A stretch of 63,240 nt of DNA, the filler included, from Lenisia limosa (Eukaryota; Protista; Breviatea): assembly GCA_001655205.1 (NCBI GenBank). It is 5 parts of 5 records of this genome, joined end to end, with 100 filler letters (N's around TTAATTAATTAA, not from the genome) between each part and the next. Parts side by side here need not be neighbours in the genome. Positions count along the whole stretch, not along the records: positions 16,548 to 41,794 come from LPNZ01002765.1; 4 more parts are not named here. One strand, 5' to 3'. Made by a program: the position numbers and the translations under genes. Shown piece by piece: positions 28,524 through 40,539 of this stretch (positions within the stretch are counted from its first letter, which is position 1; the number at the start of each line of letters is the position of its first letter). The notes beneath the pieces are model-generated. The model had not been told where the DNA came from. It saw nothing but the letters and a program-made list of their open reading frames with translations, and did no database searches.

Positions 28524-31500
28524 ATGGGTAGGATGCAACTGTTTTATGAAATGTATTGACTATTTTAGACGACTACGGATTTGGAGGGTTTGGGGGTCCG
28601 TTTCAAGATTTTCCTTTTCATGAGAGCTCTTTATTATGCCATTCTCTGAGCTATGACTAACCTTTTATGTCGAAAATCGACCTGACTTTTCAGATTGAGC
28701 ATTGACGACGTAAGTATTCGGTTCCTTGATTATTTCTAATCGTACTTAGCTTCCCACGATGTTTTCAGAGGCTTATTCTGAAGAGTATAATGCTATTTGG
28801 GAGGAAGCCGCCGATGGAGAGACAACTGTCCCTGGTGACCAAGTGAGTTCACAGTCTTCTGTGTATACCAATAAATAATTATGGCAATGACTATCTAGTG
28901 TGCGTGTGTCTTCAAAAAGTCTGGGCTTGCTGTTTCAGAGCTTGCACAGGTTTGTATTAGAGGGCATCAGAATTCATGATTCAACATTTCCAGATCTGGG
29001 AGCGTGTTGATCCTGAAAACACTGGCTACCTTGACCGCAAGCGCTTCATTGTTGCACTTGGTATTGTTGCCCTCGTCCAGGACGGCCACCAGCCTGTTCC
29101 CGGAATGTGGGGGGGGGTGTCTTATTGTATGAGAAATATAAATACTAGTAATATCATATTAGATATATTACTATACTATTATGGCTGCGGCATGTACATA
29201 TAATCATATAATCATATACAAATACTATAATATAGTATAATATATAATATCAGTTTCATAATACTGTATATATCTATATTATTTTACATGCAGTACATAA
29301 TTATATGATATCATCATATACTATGTCTGATATTCTATGATATATTTTAAAACACCATCCGTTACCACAATTGCAAGTCACACTGTTTAGTCTTGAGAAG
29401 CTTGAAGAACAGACCTCCCTTGCACCCCCAGCAATGGATGGCGCTTCTGAAACCACGAAATCTGTAAGGATATTTACATCTTTCACTGTTTTGTTGTTAC
29501 ATTCCTTCTTATTGTGAAATTTAGAGAAAGAAAAAACAGTTTCATAACCCAATAAACTTGTGTGGTGACTTGTGAAATGGTAAAAATTGATAAGTTTTAT
29601 CAAAGGGAGCTTTAACCGGTCCCAGAAACAGCCACGTACCCCCATGACACCCCAAGGACCAGGCTACACTATTCGCGTTGAGATTGGCGAAGCTGTTGGC
29701 TCTCTGAGAAAACACACTGAAGTAGGTGCCTAATGCTTTCTAAGGGACTCGGTTTGTGTGAGAACCCGCTGCTTCCCTAAAGGCAGTTGAGCACATCAAT
29801 GTCTTACTCTTTAGTACGTCGTCATCACTGAGCCAGTGAGCTGGAACGTCACTCGTCGGTACAAGGATTTCGAGTGGCTTTCAGGTTGGCCATTGACACC
29901 ACCACATGTAATGTGTTCCTTGGGGCTATTTTCTTCTCTTTAAGTCTTTGTTGATCAAAGTATCGTCTCTTTAACGTGTTTACACCAATGACCTCTACAG
30001 CCTCTCTTGAAAAAACATTCCCCTACACTGTAGTCCCTCGTCTTCCTGAAAAGTCATTTGGCCGTAGGGGGGAGCGGGTGCGAAGGCGTACTGGTGTTCA
30101 GAGATAATGCCTTGGTTTTTACATTCCCATTGACCTCCTTTTCAGAGCGTTTTGAAGAGAAGTTCCTGAAGGAGCGCTGTCGCCAGCTGGAGTTCTTCTT
30201 GATTACTGTCGTGAGTCATCCCGTCCTGGGCCATTGTGAGGTCACCAAGGCCTTCCTGAGAGACGACGAAAAGGTCGGAAGGGTTAAAAATACAATAGTT
30301 TCATGTCATATATTACTTATTATATTTATTCGTCAGCATAAATTCTTTTATTTACTCTATTAGACCTTCAAGGGTCGTGACGCCACTGTGTTCGATGGAA
30401 CTGAAAAGTTTGACGCTGATTCCGATGCCGCGTGGGCTGTTCATCCTTTTTAATTGAGTAAATATCATTAACTATTATTGTATTTGTATGTAATCGAACC
30501 TAACACTCTCATGCTTCAGTAAGTTCCCTCCTCCCGACGATGCCGACTCTTCTCTTGCCGCCATCCGCACTTGGGCCGATGCCTTCGAGCGCAACTGTGC
30601 TGCTCTCCTCAAGGTCCGCGTTTTGTGTATGATACGACAGAGATTTTTTCTGTAAAAATATCAAATTATATCCAATCTTCCCCTTCTGACCTTTTAGGTT
30701 AATGAGAAGATCATCACCTCTCAAGAAAGTAAGCTGTTAACTCGTTTTCTGAAGAAACTTACTCTCTAGGCATTGCTGCAGACCTTTTGGACCTCGGACG
30801 GTTCAGTGAGACCCTTCTCACCGGTGGGCTAAGAAGTCACATGCAACTCAGTAGCACCATTGCTCTTCATCAGTCTACTTACTCAGTTTAGGAGAAAACA
30901 GTACTGGTAAATGCTGGTTACCCTCCTGCTCGCCCTGCGCGCAATCACATGATGGTCTCACTCGAATGCGCCAGGGTTGTGAGGACTGTGCCCAGATCTT
31001 CATTTCTCATGTAAGAATTCCAGTAATATCAATATTGTTTATACCCCAGGCTATGCACCAGCGTTCGTCTTACTCTGACAACCTTCGTTCTTGTGTGTAT
31101 TTTGTGCGCTCCATGAGAGAGATCTACAAGAGGAGGGACAACCATATGAAGGCCACTCAAAGCCACGTTAAGAAGCTCAACAGCTCAAAGTTCGTCCAGC
31201 AATGTTGTTCTCTTATGCATTAGGGAGAAGCTCTCTCAGCTCAAGCTAAAGGGTGGTAAGCCTGATAAGGTGCAGAAGATGGAAAAACAGATCTCCGAAG
31301 AGGAAGAGCGTTTAAATGTGATGCAGAAGCTCCAGAACTTCATCACGAACACTCTTTTGACCGAAACCCAAAGGTTCCATGAGTTCAAAGTTTGTGCATT
31401 CCTTTCTTTGCCTTCACCTATATTCCAGGTCTACTCCACTGCCGATATGCTTGATTCCTATTCGAGTGATTTCATGGGTTTTGCCAACGAGGTGAGTTCC

Positions 31501-31603
31501 ACCCACGCTCCTAATCTCTTAATTCTCTTCATTCACTACACAGCTCCTCCCAATGTGGAAGGCTACCAATGAGGATGTCAACAAGATGCCAAGAGGTCTG
31601 TAA
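28524..31603 (+). CDS. Sorting nexin with EH + PX + BAR domains (SNX8/Mvp1-like or other SNX-BAR)
   Basis: EH-like: YNAIWEEAADGETTVPGDQ|CACVFKKSGLAVSELAQ|IWERVDPENTGYLDRKRFIVALGIVALVQDG. PX: WNVTRRYKDFEWL...FPYTVVPRLPEK...FLKERCRQLEFFLITVVSHPVL. A helical BAR-like C-terminus ends ...VNKMPRGL* (TAA 31601-31603). Confidence 0.85.
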
Positions 31604-31939
31604 AGGAATGGTTTGTAGCCTTTTCACACAGCTTCTTTGTATTATTCATTGTTTTTCTTGTATCAGGCGGATCATCATCCAATTAATGAGAGAGTGCGAG
31701 ATATCAGTTAATCATTTCGGTGTCGCCATCTGTCATATTGGATAAGCAAGGGTGAAACCTAATATCCTAAAATCAACAAACTATCAAATATTATTAATCT
31801 ACTCTAGATATTATTATGCTTCCTTTGCTGTAGATGTGTAGTTTTAGGCTGATATTTCTAACGTTTCCAATTCTGTTGCATCAAAAAAATTTATTTATTA
31901 CATACATATCATAGTGTGTTTACAATTAAACAACCTTGC

Positions 31940-33691
31940 TTAATCTAAGATGTAGTCTGAAAATTGGCAAACAGAGGGGTAGGTACTACTAAAAAGGGTG
32001 AACAGGATACATAATTCTCCCAATTGACAACTCTCAGATGAATGGACAATTATACCTCTTACTAAAGTCTAGAAGACTAGCGCAATTACATGTTACTTTA
32101 TTGTAAAGAATTTACAAATTTTGCAAACCTGCAAGGGATATCGTTCATCTTGCTGGCGACTGAATTCCAAGTTTGAGCACAATTTTCAGTTGACCCTGAA
32201 GGCTGTGAGCCGCCCCACCTGAAACAGTAAATGAAGGATTTTCTTTTTGAGGTATTGAGAGGTGAAAATATTGGAGTCTGCAATAATTACAACATTAATT
32301 TCAAAACAAGAAGTGGAACATATTTTAACGAGACACTGTTTTTAAAATTTTGTTCATAAATTCCGTTGGTTAAATCGAAACAATTCCCCATACAGGTCAC
32401 TGTATCCATTGTAGTAGCTTCGGTCAGATGAATCGAAAGATAGCTGACCGTAGGCATCGTACCATAAATCCTTGATGATTAGGACCACATTGAGATTAAT
32501 AAACTATTATTGCAATTGTTTTATTGCTCATCTCTACAAATCATATATATTATATCATATTATTGCAATGTAGCAACATCTTGTGAATCTCTTACGCCGC
32601 CTTCAGGGATAGCCTTGAAGCCTAAAAATGTGTAGTCGCCACTGTTGGAATAAATCTCACTGAATTCTGAGAAGTCTTTTGGCGTGGCTAAAACTCCCTA
32701 ATCAATAAGTGGAGCAAAGTAAGTGAGACCAGAACAACACCGAGTAACTCCATGTGATAGATAGAATCTTTCAATATACCCCCATACTCCACGAGCGACA
32801 CAATAATTTTCAGCCTCTTCATAGGTTAAACTATTAGTGTTGTAGTAGTAGCAGTACTCCTCGCCAGTGATAAGGCTGACAAGTTAGGACGACAACCATC
32901 TATCCATACTGTAGTATTGTCATATGTTATGGAAAGCACCACTCTGGCTTACAAATTGTCAGTTCCACATCTGTACTTCGCAAGAATTGCAACCTAGTGA
33001 TATAATTGGGATTCAGGCAAGAAACAGTAAGCATTCAATATAAATACCTATAGATATAATACATCGAGATACATATTTACCTTTTCTATCAGTTCAGTCA
33101 ATTGGGGGTTATTGATGGTACCAGTAACCTGAAATCATTAAACAGTGTACCAAAGAAGGAGTCTGTCTGCAGTATAATCATAAAGGATTATTTCATTAAC
33201 GTTTGTCACAAATGACTCTGTGCTCACTGTAAGGTTAGCTGCAGTGATCTGACCGGAAGCAGTTACATCTTGGGAATCAAGAGTCGTAATCAGTGCAGAA
33301 GGAGAGGTGATGTCTGCTGTTGCCACCATACTCGTTGCCTGGGCCATGAGGGATCGAATTCAGGTCCACTTTCACTTAGGATCATGAAATAATAACAAAA
33401 AACGCAAAGAAATAAGGTAGATAAAACTGACCGTCATACCAGTACATTAGCATATGAAAAATTGTGATGACAAACTAGTTCGGAATACAATGTACGGACT
33501 ATAGGGCTCTCTTACAGTGACAACGCCGTCCACTTCAACATCAGAAAGTGTCTTGGAAGTGAGGAACAGTTCGGTTCATCTCAAAGAAGAAAAAAAGAGT
33601 TACCCAGACCAACTTTAAGAATCCCGCTAGGCGATAAAATAAAAGCATAACAGCATCCAAGTGTTAATAATATGAAGAAGATGAAAGGCAT
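31940..33691 (-). CDS. Secreted C-type lectin domain protein with a Thr/Val-rich N-terminal region
   Basis: Signal peptide MPFIFFILLTLGCCYAF; ITTLDSQDVTASGQITAANLTVST; CTLD exons YCYYYNTNSLTYEEAENYCVARG|GVLATP...LGF and WGGSQPSGSTENCAQTWNSVASKMNDIPC|SSTYPSVCQFSDYILD* (canonical C-x7-C). Confidence 0.82.
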
Positions 33692-34231
33692 TGCTTTAGG
33701 TGTTAGGTTGCGTTGGGTTGCTTGTGCTTATTGTCGGGCGTCTTTCTCTTTACTTTTCTCTTCTTCCTTGCTGCTTCTTTTTGCTCTTTTGCTCTTGACA
33801 CTATTTTCTAGGAGGTGGGTGTAGAATTTTTGTTAATTATTGCGAATTTGCNNNNNNNNNNNNNNNNNNNNNNNNNNNNNNNNNNNNNNNNNNNNNNNNN
33901 NNNNNNNNNNNNNNNNNNNNNNNNNNNNNNNNNNNNNNNNNNNNNNNNNNNNNNNNNNNNNNNNNCCCTGCTTTGGTGTTATTTTTGTTTTGTTTTGTTT
34001 TCCCAATGTTGTAGATATTTTCAAGGTCTCAACATGTTCCTTCAATTCTGTATGCTGCATCCCACCAATTCTTCAATTCTGCATGCTGTCTCACTATTCA
34101 CAGTATCAAAGTTAGCAGCAAAAAAAAAAAGAACAAAGATGAATCCATTATACGAAAAAACAACAACAATTATCTGACCTAATGGTCAAATCAATCAATT
34201 TATGGTGCATGCCTGCCGCCAGCTATACCTC

Positions 34232-35648
34232 TAAACAATTTGTTTTCCAGCCTGAAATGTGTTAGTCAAGGGCGAGAGAAAGTGATGTGCTTTCGAAGCT
34301 CACCAAGATTGCAGCCACTTTATCTTCATTGTGTGTTTTCCCTTGGTCAGAAGAAACCCCCCAGGCTTTACTCACAGTCTGCCACACCTGCTTAATCAGA
34401 GGCAGTCCAAAGAAGTTCGGAGAGACGATGGTCTCTATGGGATATCCAAAAATGAAAATAATTTTAGTAGAAGAAAATCCCTACCGCAGAGAAAAAAAGA
34501 ACAATGATAGCTAAAACTCCCACACAAAGGGGGGAGGGGGTCATATAACAACAAAAAAAAGAAGTCCTACTCTATTCAGTTCAAAGGGGAACGTCGAAGA
34601 CTCTTTTACTGTTTGGGCTGTAGCCAAAAGCACGTCACCGGATTTTGCTGCCTCCTGTTTCTTTTCCATCGCCTATTTGCAAATGAAAAGGAACACATTA
34701 ATTGAGCACAAGATACTGCCCTTCAAAATTTTGTTGTTTTTTTTTAATAAATATTGAGAAACAAAAAGATTTTTCTTTGAATACCCTTACTATGTGTTGC
34801 CATCTATCTCTTATAAATAATGGTTTCGAAAAACCCTTTACAACATTATTCCACAAGGTTACTCTGTATCTCACATCCATCACACATATCCCAAGATAAT
34901 CACTAACCTGGCGTTTGATTTTGGCGTCGACCATCTTTTCAGTTCGTTTATTTACGGATTTGATTCGACTCATAAACCCTTGAAATGTGAAATCATTAGA
35001 AATAAGGAAAGTCCCCCCCCCCCTCCTACCATGTGAAGTTTTGGTGTTTTTGTTTCCTTTTCTTTCGCTGTCCACGTCCTAAAAGTATTAACAGGTCAGA
35101 TGAACGCCTTCTGACACAAATTCAGCTTGCAGTACCAGACTTGTTTTCTACACGCTTTCCGTTCTCTTGCCTACCTTTACAGAAACTCCTTGGTCCATTA
35201 CTTTCGACATCATGGCAACTAAAACAACATTATTGTCCTAAATACAAAAGGTCAAATAAATGTAAGAAGTCATTGGAGGGCCATCTTGGAGAGGGGGTTG
35301 CTTTCAAAATATTGACATAAACCCTCCAACTTATTCTAAGTGAAAGTTCAGCAGCATGGTCAACACCTTCTTCTGCCTTCTCTAAGTGTTCTGATGGTTA
35401 TTCAGACCACATAAAAAGGATAAGGTGATTCTATTTGCTATTTTTAGGCGTGTTTTCTTACCAAGAGTGACATCTTGAGGGAAAAGAACGTCTAAAAGGG
35501 TGAAACCAGAGAGGGAAAATAACAAAGAAATAATACATGCCTTTTTTTTTTTAATCAACAATAACCCTCTCAAACCAATTTCTCCACTAAATACAGTATT
35601 AATCAAGTCTGGAAGGCCCTCAGGTAGCTGAGGAACGGATGGTTCCAT
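34232..35648 (-). CDS. Hypothetical protein, multi-exon, divergent from the ZIP gene
   Basis: Spliceable exons MEPSVPQLPEGLPDLINTVFSGE; LEKAEEGVDHAAELSL; GFMSRIKSVNKRTEKMVDAKIKRQ|AMEKKQEAAKSGDVLLATAQTV; ETIVSPNFFGLPLIKQ; EDKVAAIL|AGKQIV*. No family recognised and the exon chain is tentative. Confidence 0.55.
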
Positions 35649-35781
35649 GTCTCTCTCTTGATAATATTCCAATCAAGCCAAAATATATGTCTCCTAACCT
35701 CCTCCTTAACTTATATTGTATATCTACTGGTTTTTTTTGGCCAAAAACCACTCATGCAACCTGCAGATCACTGATCGCAAA

Positions 35782-37855
35782 ATGGGTGGGGCAGGAATGG
35801 CTTTAAGAAACCAAAAGATTGCAGCAAAAGAACTGACAAAAGGCAAAAAAGAAGCTGTAGACAACAAAAGAACTCGAAAAGGAAAACAAAGTAAAAAGGA
35901 CATTTTAGTGAAAGCTGCAGTGATGGAAATCCTTGATGATCCTATTACAAGAGCTATAATTTTGACAACTTTCTCGGGTTTAGCTACGTCAATAGGTAAT
36001 TTCATCTTTCACAAAATTTTATATAATAACACTCCAGGAGCTCTCTTCGTCTTCATTTCAGGTTCAAATTCCCTCAAAAAGCTCGGAAATGCTCTGGCGT
36101 TTAGCGTGGTAGGCTTGGAAACATTTCTCTTATTGGAACTGGATTTGTCATTTGGAAATCACATTGAGGAGAAGATGTGTGATGTTCCTCTGATTAGCCA
36201 ATACTGAATATAGTGATAATTATGAAATATTTACGATGGCCTGGAAAGTGTAGCGCTAGATGGTATATTGTGAAGAAGCGGCTGTTTCTGACTATCATCC
36301 CTCTTTTTGATAATATCATTCAAAAATTCTCCCCCCACCCCCCACCTGTTTTCACCCTAATCCAGGGTGTCATGTTGTATGTGTCCTTCGTTGACCTTCT
36401 ACCAGAGGCAATAGCTGCTGTTGGGTTTACCCATGCCAATGTCTCTGTTTGCAGGTTTTGGTCATATTTTGGATACTACCTCTGCTGAGATCAGTCTGTT
36501 AATGCTTATGCAGTTCTTTTCGGGTATCCTATTGTTCTGGATGATACTCCTCTTTGTCCCAGAACCGGACCTCGAGGCTCTTAGGAAGAAGTCTGATGAC
36601 CCCAAAGTCAAAGAGGTGGGTTTCTCGCATTTCGATATATGATACTATACAAACGTGTGTGAACAAAGTGAGTGTAGATTTATTTGAGGCTTCTCTCACC
36701 CCGTCTAGCGTGAACTGATGCGCACGGGCCTGATTACAGCATTGGGTATCAGGTTAGTTGAAAAACGCTAATATGTCTATGCACAAAGCTTAACCAGCTT
36801 GAAGAATAGACTGATGTAATTCACTTTTTGTAGTTTACACAATTTCCCTGAAGGTATAGCGGTGTTCCTTGCTGCCCTGAAAGGTTTGTTGGAACTGGGT
36901 CTCAAAAGGAAATGTAAATGTGTTTGTTATCATAGTTTAATTCTCTTAGGTCTTGATATGGGCGTTCCTGTTGCTTTTGCTATTTTGATGCACAATATCC
37001 CCGAAGGTTTGTGAAAGCTTTCTCTTCTGCCTCAATCAGAGAGGGTCCGCACCCCCAAGTCACATTTTAGGAGCAGCGGTTGCCACGCCGATTTACCACG
37101 CCACGGGAAAGTGGGAGAGGTGCAAATGGAATGGTGCCGTTTGACCCCCCCCCCCCCCCCCCNNNNNNNNNNNNNNNNNNNNNNNNNNNNNNNNNNNNNN
37201 NNNNNNNNNNNNNNNNNNNNNNNNNNNNNNNNNNNNNNNNNNNNNNNNNNNNNAATTGTCCAGGAAGTGGCCGGCCTTTTGGTACAGCACACTCTCGGGG
37301 CTCTGTGAGCCGCTCGGCGGCCTGCTTGTTGGCCTCTCCTTCTCGCATCTCCTTACAGAACATATTATCCAGTGTCTTTTGGCTGCCGGTCTGAGGAAGT
37401 AACTTGACAATTGTGCTTCCCCCATCGCCTTTCTTGACACTCTAGTTGCTGGTATTATGGTCATGATTTGCCTTCAAGAGCTCATTCCCACTGCCCTTGT
37501 GTACGTCTCCCATGGGGTACGCTGGGGTTCAAAGGAACAACAAGAGAGTGGTTAACGAAACTTTGCTACTTATACTGTTGTAAGATACTGAAACACTGTA
37601 GATAAAGGGTATTGTTTGACCTTTTAGGCATTTGTGCGTTATGCAGTTCTTGGAATGGCAGTATTGGCGTACAGCCTATCACTTATGAAGTCACATGGTT
37701 TGTGGCTTTGTTTGTACATCTCCTGTTTCCAACTTGATATATTTGTGAAGATAATGAATGCCACAGGTTTGTGCTCACATGATCATGAACGTGCTCACCA
37801 TTCGCATGACCCTTCTAATCACTCTTTTAACAGTTTGTGGGAGGATGAGCTTTAG
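35782..37855 (+). CDS. ZIP-family zinc/metal transporter (ZupT/ZTP29-like)
   Basis: AIILTTFSGLATSI; GVMLYVSFVDLLPEA; TM4 LHNFPEGIAVFLAAL; TM5 AILMHNIPEG; STLSGLCEPLGGLL; VAGIMVMICLQELIPTAL; His-rich tail ending WEDEL* (TAG 37853-37855). Confidence 0.93.
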
Positions 37856-37879
37856 ATGTTTCTGTTATTTCTGATTCAA

Positions 37880-40300
37880 ATAGTAATTTATTTTGTTCTT
37901 ATTTTGGATGGGAATTGGTGTGTGGTGTACAACCTGAAGTGAGAGTAAAAATGGGGAAAATGGATAACCCTTCAACTGATTCCTCATGTCCATTTCATAA
38001 TAACTTGAAATAACTTGAACAATTGTGTCTTGGGTTTTCACAACATGGTATCCAAATGTTTACGAAGTACCATACTAGGGGTCATAATCAACTAAAATCT
38101 CTGGCATTTGTCACAGGCATGACGTCTTCATGAGAATGGGACGACAACCTATCACAGGTAAGTATGAACGACATCACCAATGTGCTTCAGATTAGACTCA
38201 CTCTGTACTTAGTGCAACTACATCAGTCCATTTTTTGTACGGTAGCAATTGCGTTAAGATATGTCTAAATGGTCAACACTAATTCCTGAACAAGAACCCA
38301 CAGTTGGGTGTAAGGGAGCAGCATTCTCCCCGCCTTGTATTCTGACAAAGCAAACCCCGGGCTGACCCAGGCCATTTTGGTTGTTTCATGGGATGGTGAC
38401 ACCTGATAGTCAGGTTGATGTCTTATCTCACCTGAGCAGCAACAGCATCATCAATTCTCTCAGGGGCAACAACAAACATTGTGTCATATCTATAGGGAGA
38501 GGATTCTGGGGTTATCCATCGTTGGAACTAAAAAGTCAACTCCCTGCGCTACTAATAAACTGATATGGCGTTGCATGGCGTCAACCCGTCGTACTGGTAT
38601 CAAGGTATCAGGGATTTGAAGGCCTTGTTCAGCATAAACATTCCAAAACAGCGAGGCAGGTACCCGAGACGTTGGAGGCGGAACAAATGAGTTTCTGGAT
38701 AATGAGAACTTAAAAAGTGACTTGAAAGCAACACCCCAGACACACACACTTCTACCTACACCAACAAAGCCCTCTGACACGTTACTCCCAAGCCGGGTCC
38801 CGACCATTAGGCCGGTTTCCTCCCAAAGTTCGCGGACGCTTGCGTTGAGCTGTCTCGACAACAGACTAGCATTGTTAAGACCAGAACTTGTAAGATAGCA
38901 CTATGCTTCGCTTCGACATCATTTAAGGATTTATGTAACAATCATCTCATTCCCTTGGAAGGTGATAGATAAACCAACGTTTCGTCAGGAGCACCATCGT
39001 CATTCTCCACCAGTCCTCCAGGGAACACATAATGGTTTGGAAGAAATCGACTTATCCAATTAAAAAGTGAAAGAAAATTCGTAAAGAAAATTCGTAGCAA
39101 ATCAAAAAATTATATTGAAGATATGAGATTCAAGCTTGTTTACGTACACTTACATATGCATATGTATGATATATGGATGTAAGTGGAACCAAAAGTAAGC
39201 CACCCTCCGAACTCAACCACAACCATATCCGCCCACCTTTGAGGGTGACGTTTCACAAAGAGAAGTTCATAATCAAAGCCTCCCTAGACGGTAATCAGAA
39301 TGGGGAAGTGGGTAAAAAGACTAACATCAATCGAGCAAGGAAGATATAACTCTCAAATTTCGACGTCGAAATTTGAGCCGTCGATATTTGAAAAAAAAAC
39401 AAAGTAAACCTCAGGAGACCCTCTAGTTGGTCAATTCTTTAATAAATACGTTTAAACATCTTAATTCAGTCAATAACTGGAGAGGAAGAGGGTTCAGTAC
39501 GGCAGGCAAATATTTTAAAGCAAATCAAACCCGGGAACTATCCCAAAAACAGTCGGAGATCACTAATTCGAGGGATTAGCAACGGAACGGAGGTTACAGG
39601 TGATAAGCTCACAAATGTTGGCACATAAACGTTTAATAAGGGTTGTAGATCTCGTTCTTCTATTATAAAATCAACTGTTTTACAAAAAAAAACTAAGAAA
39701 ATTTTAAGCACTGACAACCTTGAATGGTCAAAATTTGCGTTGAAATTTCAAAAATTAAAACTCATTTTCCAAATTTCGACCGACCAAATTTCAACGTCAA
39801 AATTTGCCAGCGAAATTAGATAATTACTCCCTAATATGAATGAACAACTCTGGAACAGCTTTGGAAGCAATCCAAAGTTATTGGAGCCTATCATTACACC
39901 CCCAACACTATCATCCTTGTCAAAACATCCATCATCGCCACAAGGATATCGGTGTTCTCTCTGGGCTGATTCTGAGCACGTGACTGCAGGTACAAACGCT
40001 TGGTCACCAGCAATGGGTACTGCCTGAATTCGGTAATATAACAGAATACTGACCATTACCTTCCTCCTGATTATATTTACAGTAGTGGCATTAAGGCACT
40101 GTTCCTACATCGCATTTGGCACTTCTCTGGACCAATATTGTTGCTGCAACACGAGGCTCTACTGGCATCTACGAATTATAAACACTGTGATAAGGGGTGG
40201 CATTTGAGCCTCACCCAGAATGCAACAATGGGTAGAGAGGGTGGTGTGCTCTTATATTCAGATCCGCCACATTAGAAGATTACATTCATCCCCCTCCCCC
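37880..40300 (-). CDS. Nudix hydrolase, NUDT19-like (acyl-CoA diphosphatase type); termini uncertain
   Basis: VEPRVAATILVQR; GGFDYELLFVKRHP; FLPNHYVFPGGLVE; Nudix box ASVRELWEETGL; RWITPESSPYRYDTMF; ETTKMAWVSPGFAL. The motif order matches the NUDT19 family. Confidence 0.8.
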
Positions 40301-40539
40301 CGTACAGCTAGAGATAAAAGCCGTTGAACTAGTTGCGAACAATACCCCGCAGTGTTTATGAGAGGAGGACGAATACTGCCTTGGGTGCTAAGAGAAGAGG
40401 TTTGGTGTTTGTTTGGGGTAACGGGGTCAGTGTTGGGAAGGGAGCAGGCTCATGCTGCAACCAGGCTGCAATGAAACAAAGAAACCAACGGAGGTAAATA
40501 AATTTTTCCACTTAACTGTTTCCGAGATTAAATGATTGT

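Noticed and set aside
32025-32060. TTC ATC TGA GAG (FI*E) resembling the lectin FICE motif, suggesting UGA recoding
   Set aside because: A downstream acceptor at 31989 gives the canonical C-x7-C end (IPCSSTYPSVCQ), so this TGA is most likely intronic. TGA is also the normal stop in CAP-D3 and CYRI.
38150-38168. Minus-strand ATACTTACCTG matching the U1 snRNA 5' end
   Set aside because: The following sequence does not resemble U1 stem-loops and has no Sm site; a chance complement of a 5' splice-site consensus.
39935-39950. ATATCCTT on the minus strand as a possible U12 (AT-AC) donor in the Nudix gene
   Set aside because: No TCCTTAAC-type branch point or AC acceptor was found; an adjacent GT donor and YAG acceptor explain the intron.
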